64,000 nt of DNA from Bacillota bacterium (GTDB taxonomy: Bacteria; Bacillota; JAAYKD01), in NCBI GenBank assembly GCA_012522585.1, contig JAAYKD010000157.1, positions 20,074 to 84,073 of the forward strand, given 5' to 3'. Position numbers and translations under genes: made by a program. A model generated the notes under the pieces. It was not told where the DNA came from, made no database searches, and was given only the letters and a program-made list of their open reading frames with translations. Below are positions 28,552 to 38,535 of the stretch, in pieces (the stretch's first letter is position 1; each line of letters opens with the position of its first letter).

Positions 28552-28908
28552 ATGGCCGAATCTATGAAAATAATCGAGAGAGTAGAAATGCTGATGCAAA
28601 ACAAGCAGATAACGCAGGCTGAATTTTCCCGAAGAATAGGTGTCCCGGTTTCAAGGGTGGCCAATTGGCGACGCAAGGGGTCAACTCCTTCAGCCGATTT
28701 AATTCCCTTAATTGCTCAAGTTTTAGATGTGGATACCCATTTTATCCTGACCGGTGATCAAATTAGCCAGAAAAGTACAAACTACGATTTGTCCGTCGAT
28801 GAAGTGGAACTCGTTGAGGGTTACCGCTGTCTCGATAAGGTCTGGCAAAAAGTAGCCCTTGGTAATGTCTATGAATTAGTTGGAACGACGGCTAAAATTA
28901 AGGAGTAA
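28552..28908 (+). CDS. XRE-family helix-turn-helix transcriptional regulator (standalone)
   Basis: Cro/CI-type HTH (QAEFSRRIGVPVSRVANWRRKGSTPSADLIPLIAQVL). Confidence 0.7.
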   Translation: MAESMKIIERVEMLMQNKQITQAEFSRRIGVPVSRVANWRRKGSTPSADLIPLIAQVLDVDTHFILTGDQISQKSTNYDLSVDEVELVEGYRCLDKVWQKVALGNVYELVGTTAKIKE

Positions 28909-28937
28909 ATTGTAAATTTTTATCTGGAAAAATCTAT

Positions 28938-28961
28938 TGACCAAGGTAATATTACCTTGGT
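28938..28961. promoter_or_regulatory. Perfect 24-bp palindrome GACCAAGGTAAT-ATTACCTTGGTC; a terminator or an operator
   Basis: Seen directly; T-rich sequence follows. It lies between the XRE gene and phoH. Confidence 0.5.
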
Positions 28962-29073
28962 CTTTCTTTTCTGTAAAATAAATTCAATTAAATGCAGGAA
29001 TGAGATTATAGATGACGAAGTATAGTAGGATAACGAATCTTTGTAAGAAATAGAAATATGAGGAGGCTTTTGA

Positions 29074-30093
29074 TTGCACGAAGATATGGAGAGGCTAATC
29101 GTCTTTCGAGACAGTAAGGAAGCTATGGCCTTATGCGGACGCCAAGACGAAAATTTAAAGATTATTTCAGAAGGATTGAATACTGAATTCTTTCCTTCAG
29201 GTAATCAAATTAAACTCAGAGGTACAGAAAAAGATGTTCTGGCAGCGGAAAGTCTGATCAAACAGATGGTTTTGTTTTTACGCCAAGGTATCGTTATTGG
29301 CCCTCGAGAGATCACATATGGAACTAAAATGGCGGCAGCCGGCCAGGTAGAACAATTGAGAAACCTTTTTAACGATGTGATTGTTTCAACCTATAGAGGC
29401 CAACAGATCAGGCCAAAAACCCTAGGTCAAAAGGATTATATTGCCAGTATCAGACGCAATGACATGGTCTTTGGCATAGGTCCTGCCGGAACCGGCAAAA
29501 CATATTTGGCTATGGCCGCTGCTGTAGCTGCTTTGAAAGAAAAGCGAATACAGCGATTGGTTCTGTGCCGACCGGCTGTCGAAGCCGGAGAAAAGCTGGG
29601 CTTTCTCCCTGGAGATCTGCAAGAAAAAGTCGATCCTTATCTCAGACCTCTTTATGATGCTCTTTATGAGATGATAGGCTTAGAGAATTTTCAACGCTAC
29701 CAGGAAAAGGGTATTATTGAAGTAGCTCCTTTAGCTTATATGCGCGGTCGGACTCTAGATGATGCTTTTATAATTTTGGACGAGGCTCAAAACACTACTC
29801 TGGAACAGATGAAAATGTTTTTAACCCGTTTGGGCTTTGGTTCTAAAGCTGTTGTTACCGGTGACATAACTCAAGTAGACTTGGCCAAAGGTACTGCCAG
29901 TGGCCTGGTCTTGGTTCAAAATGTTTTGAACAATGTTGACGGCATAGGTTTTATTCATCTTACTGAACAGGATGTAGTCAGACATCCTTTAGTTCAAAGG
30001 GTAATTAAAGCATTTGACAACTTTCAACAGCTATCCCTTGAAAATAAGGAGGCAGTAAGAAATGCTGAAAAAAAGGAAAGAAATAAGCAGTAA
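29074..30093 (+). CDS. phoH: PhoH-like ATPase (PhoH/YbeZ)
   Basis: Walker A GPAGTGKTY, Walker B ILDEAQN, and an N-terminal KH-like region. Conserved phoH-pgpH-ybeY synteny. Confidence 0.9.
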   Translation: MHEDMERLIVFRDSKEAMALCGRQDENLKIISEGLNTEFFPSGNQIKLRGTEKDVLAAESLIKQMVLFLRQGIVIGPREITYGTKMAAAGQVEQLRNLFNDVIVSTYRGQQIRPKTLGQKDYIASIRRNDMVFGIGPAGTGKTYLAMAAAVAALKEKRIQRLVLCRPAVEAGEKLGFLPGDLQEKVDPYLRPLYDALYEMIGLENFQRYQEKGIIEVAPLAYMRGRTLDDAFIILDEAQNTTLEQMKMFLTRLGFGSKAVVTGDITQVDLAKGTASGLVLVQNVLNNVDGIGFIHLTEQDVVRHPLVQRVIKAFDNFQQLSLENKEAVRNAEKKERNKQ

Positions 30094-32149
30094 ATTCAAA
30101 GGTAAAAATAATTTTAAAATAAGTACAAAGCTGGCTGAGGCTTTGATTATTTTCCTTGCCCTGACTGCTGTAGTTTTTATCATATCTCCCTCGATAGTGC
30201 CTCAGAGAGTTGATCTGGAACTGGGTCAGCCCAGCTCCATGGATATAATCGCTCCCAGAACGATTATCGACCGGGTGAGTACGGAAGAACTGCAACAAAA
30301 AGCCGTTGAAGCAGTGCCAACAATTTGGGAATTGAGCACTTCGGTTAAGCTGAACACGGAAAAGGATTTGGATACCCTGGTCAAAGCCATCGGGGACGCC
30401 AAGAAAACAGTCGACGAGGAAGAACGGATCCTCTACTTACAGGAAAACTTACCTGAACGCTTTTCTTTTTTTAGAGTGGAACAGCTGAATTGGTTGCTTG
30501 AACTGAGTTCCGATGACTTAAAAAAAGATGTTAAAAATCTGTCCGAAGTTCTTGCCGATATCTACGACAGGGGAGTCAAGGAAGAAGACTTGGAACAAGT
30601 AAGGGTTCAAGGCAGCGACGAGCTCTATGATAAGCTTGCCTCCTCCTCTTTGATCTTTACCTGGCAAGAAGCTTTCGAAAACATCTTGCAGGTCAATGTC
30701 AAGGCCAACCTTGAAGCCACGGAAAAAGAAAGAGAGACAGCTAAGAACAAGGTTGAGGCTGTAATGATTTTGAAAAAACAAAACATTATCAGAACCGGCC
30801 AGATTGTAACCCAACATCATCTGCTTTTGCTGGAAGATTTAGGCATGTTGGATTCCAATCTGGATTGGTCAGCCATAACTTCAAGTGTGGCCCTGGTCCT
30901 ACTCTTATTCGGTGTCCTCGCCCTTTACATTCGTCGGCATTTCACTCATATTTTGGAAAAACCTTCCCTCTTGCTGGCGATTGCCTTGATTATAATTTCT
31001 GCTTTGCTTTTAGGCAGAGTCTTTTTGACGGTAGCACCGCCGGTCATGGTTCCCGTAGCCGCGGCAGCTCTGATTTTGGCAGTGCTTTTCGATGAGCATT
31101 TGGCCTTGGTCCTAGGCTTGATCCTGAGTATCCTAGCCGGTGTTTTGACCAATTTCGATGTTCAGGCTTTCCTAACTTATCTGATTACTACCGCCACAGC
31201 GGTTTTTGGTGCGGATTTAATTCATCAAAGGACTGAGCTGATGAAAAAGGGCATCTGGGTGGGTTTGGTTGCTACAATCTCCATGGCAATAATGTCGGTT
31301 ATGAATTCCGGACTGTCTTGGGTTTTATTAGTCCAATCCCTCTGGGGATTGATCTTAGGGGTGGTTACAGGAATACTCGCCCTGGGAACACTGCCTTTCT
31401 TGGAAACAGGCTTTAATATTCTGACCCCTTTGAAATTAGTCGAATTAGCCAATCCCAATCATCCTTTGATGAAGAGATTGTTATTGGAAGCTCCGGGGAC
31501 TTATCAGCACAGTATGATGGTGGCCAATTTAGCTGAAGGTGCAGCCGAGGCCATTGGAGCCGACACCCTTCTGATCAGAGCGGGGGGCTTCTTCCATGAT
31601 GTTGGTAAGATGGTGAAACCTCTTTATTTTACTGAAAATCAATCTCAATGGGATAATCCTCACGATGGTTTGGATCCTAAAATCTCGGCTAATATCATCA
31701 TCTCTCATGTTAAAGAGGGCCTCGATTTAGCCAGAGAATACTCCTTGCCCACAGAAATAACTGAATTTATTGCAACTCATCACGGGAATATGCGGGCCGG
31801 TCATTTTTATAATCTGGCCAAAGAGCAAAACCCTGAAGAAGAATTGAATGTAGAAGAATTTACCTATCCAGGGCCCTTGCCCAAAAGCAAAGAGGCTTCA
31901 ATCCTGATGTTGGCAGATTGCACTGAAGCAGCTGTGCGCTCCATGCCCGAACCTACTCACGAAAATATTTCTCAAATGGTTCAGCGCTTAGTTCAAGCTC
32001 GGATGTCCACAGGTCAATTTGCGGACTCTTCCTTGAGTTTGAGTGAAATCAAGCAAGTTGAAGAAAATCTAGTCAAACGACTGACCAGCATGTATCACAA
32101 GCGGGTCCAGTATCGATTCACACCTGAACAATTGGCGGAAGAAAAGTAA
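30062..32149 (+). CDS. pgpH: 7TM-HD membrane phosphohydrolase PgpH (c-di-AMP phosphodiesterase, YqfF family)
   Basis: Multiple transmembrane segments plus an HD domain (HSMMVANLAEGAAEAIGAD...FFHDVGK). Confidence 0.85.
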   Translation: MLKKRKEISSKFKGKNNFKISTKLAEALIIFLALTAVVFIISPSIVPQRVDLELGQPSSMDIIAPRTIIDRVSTEELQQKAVEAVPTIWELSTSVKLNTEKDLDTLVKAIGDAKKTVDEEERILYLQENLPERFSFFRVEQLNWLLELSSDDLKKDVKNLSEVLADIYDRGVKEEDLEQVRVQGSDELYDKLASSSLIFTWQEAFENILQVNVKANLEATEKERETAKNKVEAVMILKKQNIIRTGQIVTQHHLLLLEDLGMLDSNLDWSAITSSVALVLLLFGVLALYIRRHFTHILEKPSLLLAIALIIISALLLGRVFLTVAPPVMVPVAAAALILAVLFDEHLALVLGLILSILAGVLTNFDVQAFLTYLITTATAVFGADLIHQRTELMKKGIWVGLVATISMAIMSVMNSGLSWVLLVQSLWGLILGVVTGILALGTLPFLETGFNILTPLKLVELANPNHPLMKRLLLEAPGTYQHSMMVANLAEGAAEAIGADTLLIRAGGFFHDVGKMVKPLYFTENQSQWDNPHDGLDPKISANIIISHVKEGLDLAREYSLPTEITEFIATHHGNMRAGHFYNLAKEQNPEEELNVEEFTYPGPLPKSKEASILMLADCTEAAVRSMPEPTHENISQMVQRLVQARMSTGQFADSSLSLSEIKQVEENLVKRLTSMYHKRVQYRFTPEQLAEEK

Positions 32150-32173
32150 TAGAAATTTCGGGGGTTAAACAAG

Positions 32174-32641
32174 ATGATTTATCTGGATTTACCGGACAAT
32201 CTCCTGGACAGAGAAGAATTTGAAGAAATAATCAATAGGGTGAAAACAGAGCTATTGGTCTTAGAAAAAATCGTCGAAGCAGTTGAAGTATCAGTGATGA
32301 TAACTGACAGTGCCCAAATTAAGGAATTGAACGCCCAATATCGAGGCAGAGACGAAGTTACCGATGTCCTATCCTTTGCTCTTGAAGCTGGGGGAGACTT
32401 TTGGCCCGAGAGGCCAAAAGGTCAGCCCAGGCTTTTAGGTGATATCGTCATAGCCTTGGATCAACTCAAGCTGCAAGCTCAAGAGTATGGCCATTCCTGG
32501 CAAAGGGAATTGGGCTTTTTAGTCAGTCATGGTTTGCTTCATCTTCTGGGTTATGAACATGGAGAAGAAGATGATGAGAATTTACAAATAATGTTAAAAA
32601 AACAAGAATCCGTTTTAGAAAAATTGGGTTTAAAACGCTAA
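32174..32641 (+). CDS. ybeY: rRNA maturation endoribonuclease YbeY
   Basis: HGLLHLLGYEH metal-binding motif. Confidence 0.9.
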   Translation: MIYLDLPDNLLDREEFEEIINRVKTELLVLEKIVEAVEVSVMITDSAQIKELNAQYRGRDEVTDVLSFALEAGGDFWPERPKGQPRLLGDIVIALDQLKLQAQEYGHSWQRELGFLVSHGLLHLLGYEHGEEDDENLQIMLKKQESVLEKLGLKR

Positions 32642-32661
32642 GAGCATTTTAAGGAGATAAG

Positions 32662-33567
32662 ATGATCGAAAACAACAACTATAAATCAGGTTTTATCAGT
32701 ATAATCGGAAGGCCTAATGTGGGAAAATCCACTCTTTTGAATACCATGATGGGAGAAAAACTTTCTATAGTTTCCGATAAGCCGCAAACCACCAGAAACA
32801 GAATTCAGTGTATTTTAACCCTTGATCATGGCCAAGCGGTCTTTTTGGATACTCCGGGAATTCATAAACCTAAGCATCAGTTGGGTCAGAGGATGAACAA
32901 ATATGCTTTGGAGACATTGAGAGAAGTGGATTTAATCTTCTTTGTGGTCAGCGCCGATAGTGCAAAACCGGGGCCCGGAGATAATCTGATCAGGCAATTT
33001 TTACAAGAAGCAAAGACTCCTGTCGTCTTGATCATCAACAAAAAAGATTTGGCTGCCAAAGACGCGGATTTTACTCAGATTGCCCTGGACTACGGTCATG
33101 ATTTGAATTTATTACAGACTTTTGTCATTTCCGCTTACGATTATGAGGATGTTAAAAATCTTGTCGACTTCACCTTTGAGCAATTGCCTTTTGGCCCTCA
33201 ATATTATCCCGATGATATGGTCATAGATCATCCCGAGAGATTTTTAGCGGCCGAATTGATCAGGGAAAAGGTCTTGTTTTTAACCAAGGAAGAAATTCCT
33301 CATTCCGTCGCAGTAGAAGTTGAAAGCATGAAGGAAAAAGAAGATATTATCGTCATCGATGCTACAGTCTATGTAGATCGAGAGTCACAAAAAGGGATCA
33401 TCATCGGGGCTGGCGGTTCCATGTTAAAGAACATAGGAAGCCTGGCTCGCAAGGATTTAGAATCACTTTTGGGTAATAAGGTTTATTTGAATCTTTGGGC
33501 TAAGACCAAGAGGGATTGGCGAGATAACGAGGGTTTTTTACGACAACTTGGATACAGGAAAGGATAG
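32662..33567 (+). CDS. era: GTPase Era
   Basis: G1 GRPNVGKST, G3 DTPG, G4 NKKD, and a C-terminal KH domain. Confidence 0.95.
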   Translation: MIENNNYKSGFISIIGRPNVGKSTLLNTMMGEKLSIVSDKPQTTRNRIQCILTLDHGQAVFLDTPGIHKPKHQLGQRMNKYALETLREVDLIFFVVSADSAKPGPGDNLIRQFLQEAKTPVVLIINKKDLAAKDADFTQIALDYGHDLNLLQTFVISAYDYEDVKNLVDFTFEQLPFGPQYYPDDMVIDHPERFLAAELIREKVLFLTKEEIPHSVAVEVESMKEKEDIIVIDATVYVDRESQKGIIIGAGGSMLKNIGSLARKDLESLLGNKVYLNLWAKTKRDWRDNEGFLRQLGYRKG

Positions 33568-33570
33568 ATT

Positions 33571-34329
33571 ATGGCAACCTATAGTACGCAGGCTATCGTT
33601 TTGAGTTCCAGAAATTTTGGAGAAGCTGACCGTATTTTAACCCTTTTGACCTTTGAAAGAGGTAAAGTGAGAGCTGTCGCCAGGGGAGCCAGAAGGCCTC
33701 GCAATCGCCTGGCGGCTTTGGTCCAGCCCCTTTCTCATATTGAAGCTCTGATTATGGAAGGCAATCAATTGGATACATTGAGCCAGGGGCAATTGCTCAA
33801 TTCCTTTAGGTTTTTGGGAGAGGATTTAGACAAGATGTCCCATGCTCTTTATCTCAATGAACTCTTCGAAATGGCTATAGAAGGAGCTACCGAAGTTCGG
33901 GATTATTTTATACTCCTTTTAACAGGATATGAGCTTTTGCAGAATCTTGATAATTTACAAATTATTCGAGCTTTTATTGAGGTGAAATTGAACATTTTGC
34001 AGGGTTTCGCACCTGTCTTGTCGAAATGTTCAATCTGTGGCAAGGGCTCTGAGCAAGTTCAAGAGCAACTTTGGAATTACTATCCCGATGAAGGTGCAAT
34101 CAAGTGCAAGGGGTGTAGCCAAGGGGCTTATTTTGTCGAATTAACTCAGCCGGCTCTTTTGCTCTGGCGAACCTTGAGCAGAGAGGACAGTCGTTGGCTG
34201 GTCAATCAAAATGTATCCGGAAAAGTCTTGGCGGAATTGCGGCCGGCTTTGAACGCATCCCTTTCTTTAGCTTTAGGAAAATTGCCCAAATCATCTAGCT
34301 TTTTAAATTCACTATATCAATTAGATTAA
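33571..34329 (+). CDS. recO: DNA repair protein RecO
   Basis: N-terminal OB fold and a C4 zinc motif (CSICG...CKGC). Conserved era-recO synteny. Confidence 0.85.
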   Translation: MATYSTQAIVLSSRNFGEADRILTLLTFERGKVRAVARGARRPRNRLAALVQPLSHIEALIMEGNQLDTLSQGQLLNSFRFLGEDLDKMSHALYLNELFEMAIEGATEVRDYFILLLTGYELLQNLDNLQIIRAFIEVKLNILQGFAPVLSKCSICGKGSEQVQEQLWNYYPDEGAIKCKGCSQGAYFVELTQPALLLWRTLSREDSRWLVNQNVSGKVLAELRPALNASLSLALGKLPKSSSFLNSLYQLD

Positions 34330-34349
34330 AAACAACAGGAGGTAGAAAG

Positions 34350-35006
34350 ATGGACGAAAGACAAAATCAAGAAATCAGTTTGGAAAAAATCGATTTAATC
34401 AGAAACAGAATGAATGTTGGCTACAGAGAAGCCAGAGAAGCTTTGGAACAAAGTCAAGGTGATTTGGTCTTGGCTTTAATTCAAATGGAAGAAAAATTAA
34501 ATCAAGAGGAAACCGTCGTCGAAGCTCAAGCCGATCTCTGGAAGGAAGAAATTGTAACCAAAGGTTCAGAATTGATTGAAAAGGTCAAGACCTTGATCGC
34601 TGAAGGCAATGCGACAAAAATTAGAATTAGACAAGGTGAGCGCACAATTTTAGATATTCCTGTTTTGTTTGGAACAGCAGGGGTTATTTTGTTGCCTCAA
34701 TTGGCTGCGGTTGGCGCCATTGCCGCTCTTTTCAGCTCTGTGACCATTGAAGTGCATCGTCAAGGCAAACCTGACAAGAAGGTGTTTGACAGCAGTTTAG
34801 AAGAGGAAGATTTGGTCGAACAAGCTGAAGAGCTGGTCGATGAGGTTTGGCAAAAGCTAGAAGAAACTGAGCTGGCTCGAGAAGCAGAAGAAGCAGTAGA
34901 GGAAGCAGTGGAAGAAGCCCGGGTCTTCGCAGAAGAAGTAATCAATGATTTAGAAGATACTTTGGAAGAAGTGTTAGATCCGGAAGAGCAAGATCCCCAA
35001 TTCTAG
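34350..35006 (+). CDS. DUF4342-like protein with an N-terminal UBA-like domain and a strongly acidic C-terminal tail
   Basis: N-terminal VGYREAREALEQSQGDLVLALIQM is UBA/EF-Ts-N-like. The central hydrophobic segment (LFGTAGVILLPQLAAVGAIAALF) is typical of DUF4342. The tail is rich in glutamate and aspartate. Confidence 0.4.
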   Translation: MDERQNQEISLEKIDLIRNRMNVGYREAREALEQSQGDLVLALIQMEEKLNQEETVVEAQADLWKEEIVTKGSELIEKVKTLIAEGNATKIRIRQGERTILDIPVLFGTAGVILLPQLAAVGAIAALFSSVTIEVHRQGKPDKKVFDSSLEEEDLVEQAEELVDEVWQKLEETELAREAEEAVEEAVEEARVFAEEVINDLEDTLEEVLDPEEQDPQF

Positions 35007-35033
35007 CTTGTTTTTTAAAAAGAAAGATCACTC

Positions 35034-35072
35034 CCCATAGCTTATAAAAGCAAAGCTATGGGGTTTTATTTT
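35034..35072 (+). terminator. Intrinsic terminator
   Basis: ccccatagc-(13-nt loop)-gctatgggg followed by tttt. Confidence 0.55.
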
Positions 35073-35191
35073 CATGAACTAATCCCTTTAAAATAGGCAT
35101 AATTGACTAATAAGTTGCCCATTTGGAAGGAGAAAGTAAGTATTATGTTTAATTATTTAAATATAATATCTTGTTAAAGGAGAGAGGCACT

Positions 35192-35836
35192 GTGAAACTG
35201 ACCGAAAGACAAGAGCGTCTAGTTAGTATTCTGCGCAACGGTGGCCCTTTTACAGCAGAACAATTATCTAAGAAGATGGAAATTAAAAAAACCACCCTGA
35301 GACCTGATCTAACATTCTTAGTGCGCTCCGGAATTTTAAATGCCAAACCTAAAGTAGGATATTTTTTTAACGGCCTGAGTGCTCCTTTTTTCAACGAAAA
35401 TTATTTGAATTTAAGAGTCGGAGATGTGATGGGGCCGGTTCAAATAATAAAAGAAAAAGCCAGTGTTTATGAAGCAGTCGTTTCTTTGTTTTTACAAGAG
35501 GAGGATAATCTCTTTGTGATCAATGACGATGATTATTTAAGCGGTACCCTGTCCCGAAAAGACTTGTTAAAAGCTACGGTTGGCGGAGGAGATTTGCATA
35601 TAATGCCAGTCGGAATGGTCATGACGAGATTGAATCATATTATTTCAGTCTATGAGGAAGACCTTCTTTCCTTGGCGGTAGGCAAATTGGTTGAATATGA
35701 TCTGGATGCTCTGCCGGTAGTCAGGGATACTGAAAATAATAAAAGAAAATTGACAATCATGGGCATGGTCAATAAATCCATCATAACTCGATTGTTTTAT
35801 GATCAATGGCAAATTGAAGACAGCAAAAGAAACTAG
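35192..35836 (+). CDS. ccpN: CcpN-like transcriptional repressor (HTH plus two CBS domains)
   Basis: HTH plus CBS pair. Conserved ccpN-yqfL-dnaG-sigA synteny. AAGGAGAGAGG RBS before GTG 35192; the track starts at TTG 35171. Confidence 0.75.
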   Translation: MKLTERQERLVSILRNGGPFTAEQLSKKMEIKKTTLRPDLTFLVRSGILNAKPKVGYFFNGLSAPFFNENYLNLRVGDVMGPVQIIKEKASVYEAVVSLFLQEEDNLFVINDDDYLSGTLSRKDLLKATVGGGDLHIMPVGMVMTRLNHIISVYEEDLLSLAVGKLVEYDLDALPVVRDTENNKRKLTIMGMVNKSIITRLFYDQWQIEDSKRN

Positions 35837-35845
35837 GAGGAAATT

Positions 35846-36676
35846 ATGTCTGATAAAACTGGAAGATTTGTATATATATTATCCGATTCTTTTGGAGAAA
35901 CAGCTGAAAGGGTTGTTTTAGCTTGTCTGGCTCAGTTTCCCCGCTATAGCAATCTGGAAATAAAGAGAAGCACAAACGTCAACAACAAGACCGAGGTGGA
36001 AAACGTTCTTGCTGAAGCTAAAAAGGCAGGAGCCTTCGTCGTCTATACAATAGTTTTACAAGAATTGCGCCATTTTGTGATCAGTAAAGCGGAGGCAATG
36101 GGCGTCAGAGCAGTCGATGTCATGGGCCCTATTTTGCACGCTTTTACTGATTATCTAGGACAAAAGCCGATATATCAGCCGGGTTTAATGCATCGTCTCG
36201 ATGAAGATTATTTTAAGAAGATTGAAGCTGTGGAATTTGCAGTTAAGTATGATGACGGTAAGGACCCCAGAGGTTTTCTCTTGGCTGATATTGTTCTCTT
36301 AGGTGTTTCCCGGACTTCTAAGACACCTTTATCCATGTATTTGGCAAACAAACGCTACAAAGTTGCAAATTTGCCAATTGTGCCGGAGCTGCGACTACCG
36401 AAAGAGTTGTCTTTGATTGGAAAGAATAAAATCATTGGGCTGACAATTTCTTCAAACCATTTGGTCGATGTCAGAGCTGAAAGATTGCGGACCTTGGGAT
36501 TGACCGGGCAGGCAACATACGCTTTACCTGCCAGGATTGAAGAGGAAATAGAACATGCCAATAAGGTTTTTGAAAAACTAGATTGTCATGTCATAGATGT
36601 TACTTATCGAGCCATTGAAGAAACTGCGACCAAGATAATTGAAAGAGTTGAGAGATTGAAAAATCACCAAATTTGA
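35846..36676 (+). CDS. yqfL: Putative pyruvate, phosphate dikinase / PEP synthase regulatory protein (DUF299, YqfL)
   Basis: P-loop GVSRTSKTPLS. Conserved partner of ccpN. Confidence 0.8.
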   Translation: MSDKTGRFVYILSDSFGETAERVVLACLAQFPRYSNLEIKRSTNVNNKTEVENVLAEAKKAGAFVVYTIVLQELRHFVISKAEAMGVRAVDVMGPILHAFTDYLGQKPIYQPGLMHRLDEDYFKKIEAVEFAVKYDDGKDPRGFLLADIVLLGVSRTSKTPLSMYLANKRYKVANLPIVPELRLPKELSLIGKNKIIGLTISSNHLVDVRAERLRTLGLTGQATYALPARIEEEIEHANKVFEKLDCHVIDVTYRAIEETATKIIERVERLKNHQI

Positions 36677-36690
36677 TTGGAGGGTTTTAG

Positions 36691-38502
36691 GTGGCAGCCA
36701 GAATTCCTGAGCATATAATTGATGAAATAAATAGCCGAGTCAGACTGGTTGATATTGTCGGAGAAACAGTCCAATTAAAAAGACAGGGCAATCGCTATTT
36801 AGGTCTTTGTCCTTTTCACCAGGAAAAAACTCCTTCTTTCACCGTTGACCCTGAGAGGCAGCTTTTTTATTGTTTTGGTTGTCAAGCAGGTGGCAATCTT
36901 TTTGGTTATGTACAGAAAAGAGAAAATGTCAATTTCGTCGAAGCAGTCAAAATTTTGGCGGAACAAGCCGGTATCCCACTGCCTGATCAAAGGGGTCATG
37001 TAGACGAAGGGCGGTTGCATAAAAGACAGCAGCTTTTCGATTTAATTGAGGCGGCTAAAGACTTCTTCAGTTATCAGTTGAAAAATCACCCCCAGGGAAA
37101 ATATGCCCGACAGTATTTGATCAAGCGACAATTGGCTGAAGATACAATTGCTTCCTTTGCTGTGGGCTATGCCCCGGCAGGCTGGAGGAATTTGAGCGAA
37201 CATCTGATTAAAGCAGGTTACAGTCCAGATTTGATTGTGGAAGCTGGTTTAGCCGTAAAATCCCAGGATTCAGAGGATATCTTCGATGTTTTCCGGGAGC
37301 GGATTATCCTGCCTATTCTGGATCAGCGCAAGCGAACAATTGGTTTTGGTGGACGTTTGCTCTATGATGGTCAACCAAAATATTTAAATTCCCCTCAGAC
37401 CATACTTTTCGACAAAAGTAAAACTTTTTATGGTTTGGATAAATTGAACAGATACCAGCAATTGCCTTACATAATCATTTTTGAAGGCTATTTCGATTTG
37501 ATCAGTGCCTGGCAAGGTGGAATCCACAATGGTTTAGCCAGCTTAGGAACAGCACTCTCTTTCGATCAATCCAGGATGCTCAAACGCTTTACCGACCGGG
37601 TTGTCCTTTGCTATGATGCCGATCAAGCCGGGGAAAGAGCGACCCAGAGGAGCATGCAATTGCTTCGGCAGGTTGGTTTAAAAGTGGATATAGCCATGAT
37701 GCCTCCAGGTCAAGATCCAGATGATTTTATTAGGAACCATGGCGGCCAAGCCTTTTTGGAGCAGGTGATTGAGCCGGCACTTCCCATGTATGGCTATTTT
37801 ATGCATGTCCTGCAAAAAAAACATAATCTGCAAAGTATAGAAGGAAAAAGCGCCTTCGTTCGTGAATATGCCACTCTCTTAGCCGAGAGCGATTCGCCCG
37901 TTGAAATAGATGGATATGTGCGTGAATTGGCTGGTTTATTGGATATTACCGAGAACGCAATTTATAGAGAAATTCAAAAAGAACAACGGGTCTATAGAAG
38001 ACAAGTACAAAAAAAAGAAGGAACTAGCGCTCCTATCGACGAAATTAAAGGCTCAAATATTGATTATACAGCTGAGGGTCTGAACAAAGCTCAGGAAATT
38101 GTAATTTATTTGGCTTTGCACGATACGAGCTATGGGTCTAAACTGACGGACGATTTAAAATTTGAACACTTTGATCATCGCTATCAGGTGCTTTTAGAAA
38201 AGCTCTGGCCCTTTTGGCAAGGTAACCAAAGTATTCAGATGGATAAAATTAGTAACCTTTTCGATCATGCTGAGTTATCCTTACTAGCTGAAATCATTCT
38301 CAAGAACGAAGATTCCATAGGCGATCCAGATAAGGCTCTATACGATTGTATCGAGCATTTAAAAGTTAACAATTACAAAAACGAACTAAAAAAGCTTGTT
38401 TCTTTGTTTGAACAGGTTAATGAACAAGGCGATTTAAATGCAGCAACTGATGTTTTAAAGCAAATTCAAGAATTACAAAGGAAGTTGGGGCGCCAGCGTT
38501 GA
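36691..38502 (+). CDS. dnaG: DNA primase
   Basis: Zn ribbon CPFHQEKTPSF...CFGC and a Toprim domain (EGYFD). Confidence 0.95.
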   Translation: MAARIPEHIIDEINSRVRLVDIVGETVQLKRQGNRYLGLCPFHQEKTPSFTVDPERQLFYCFGCQAGGNLFGYVQKRENVNFVEAVKILAEQAGIPLPDQRGHVDEGRLHKRQQLFDLIEAAKDFFSYQLKNHPQGKYARQYLIKRQLAEDTIASFAVGYAPAGWRNLSEHLIKAGYSPDLIVEAGLAVKSQDSEDIFDVFRERIILPILDQRKRTIGFGGRLLYDGQPKYLNSPQTILFDKSKTFYGLDKLNRYQQLPYIIIFEGYFDLISAWQGGIHNGLASLGTALSFDQSRMLKRFTDRVVLCYDADQAGERATQRSMQLLRQVGLKVDIAMMPPGQDPDDFIRNHGGQAFLEQVIEPALPMYGYFMHVLQKKHNLQSIEGKSAFVREYATLLAESDSPVEIDGYVRELAGLLDITENAIYREIQKEQRVYRRQVQKKEGTSAPIDEIKGSNIDYTAEGLNKAQEIVIYLALHDTSYGSKLTDDLKFEHFDHRYQVLLEKLWPFWQGNQSIQMDKISNLFDHAELSLLAEIILKNEDSIGDPDKALYDCIEHLKVNNYKNELKKLVSLFEQVNEQGDLNAATDVLKQIQELQRKLGRQR

Positions 38503-38535
38503 AAATAAAAATAAAGATAAAAGGAGGAAACGGCC

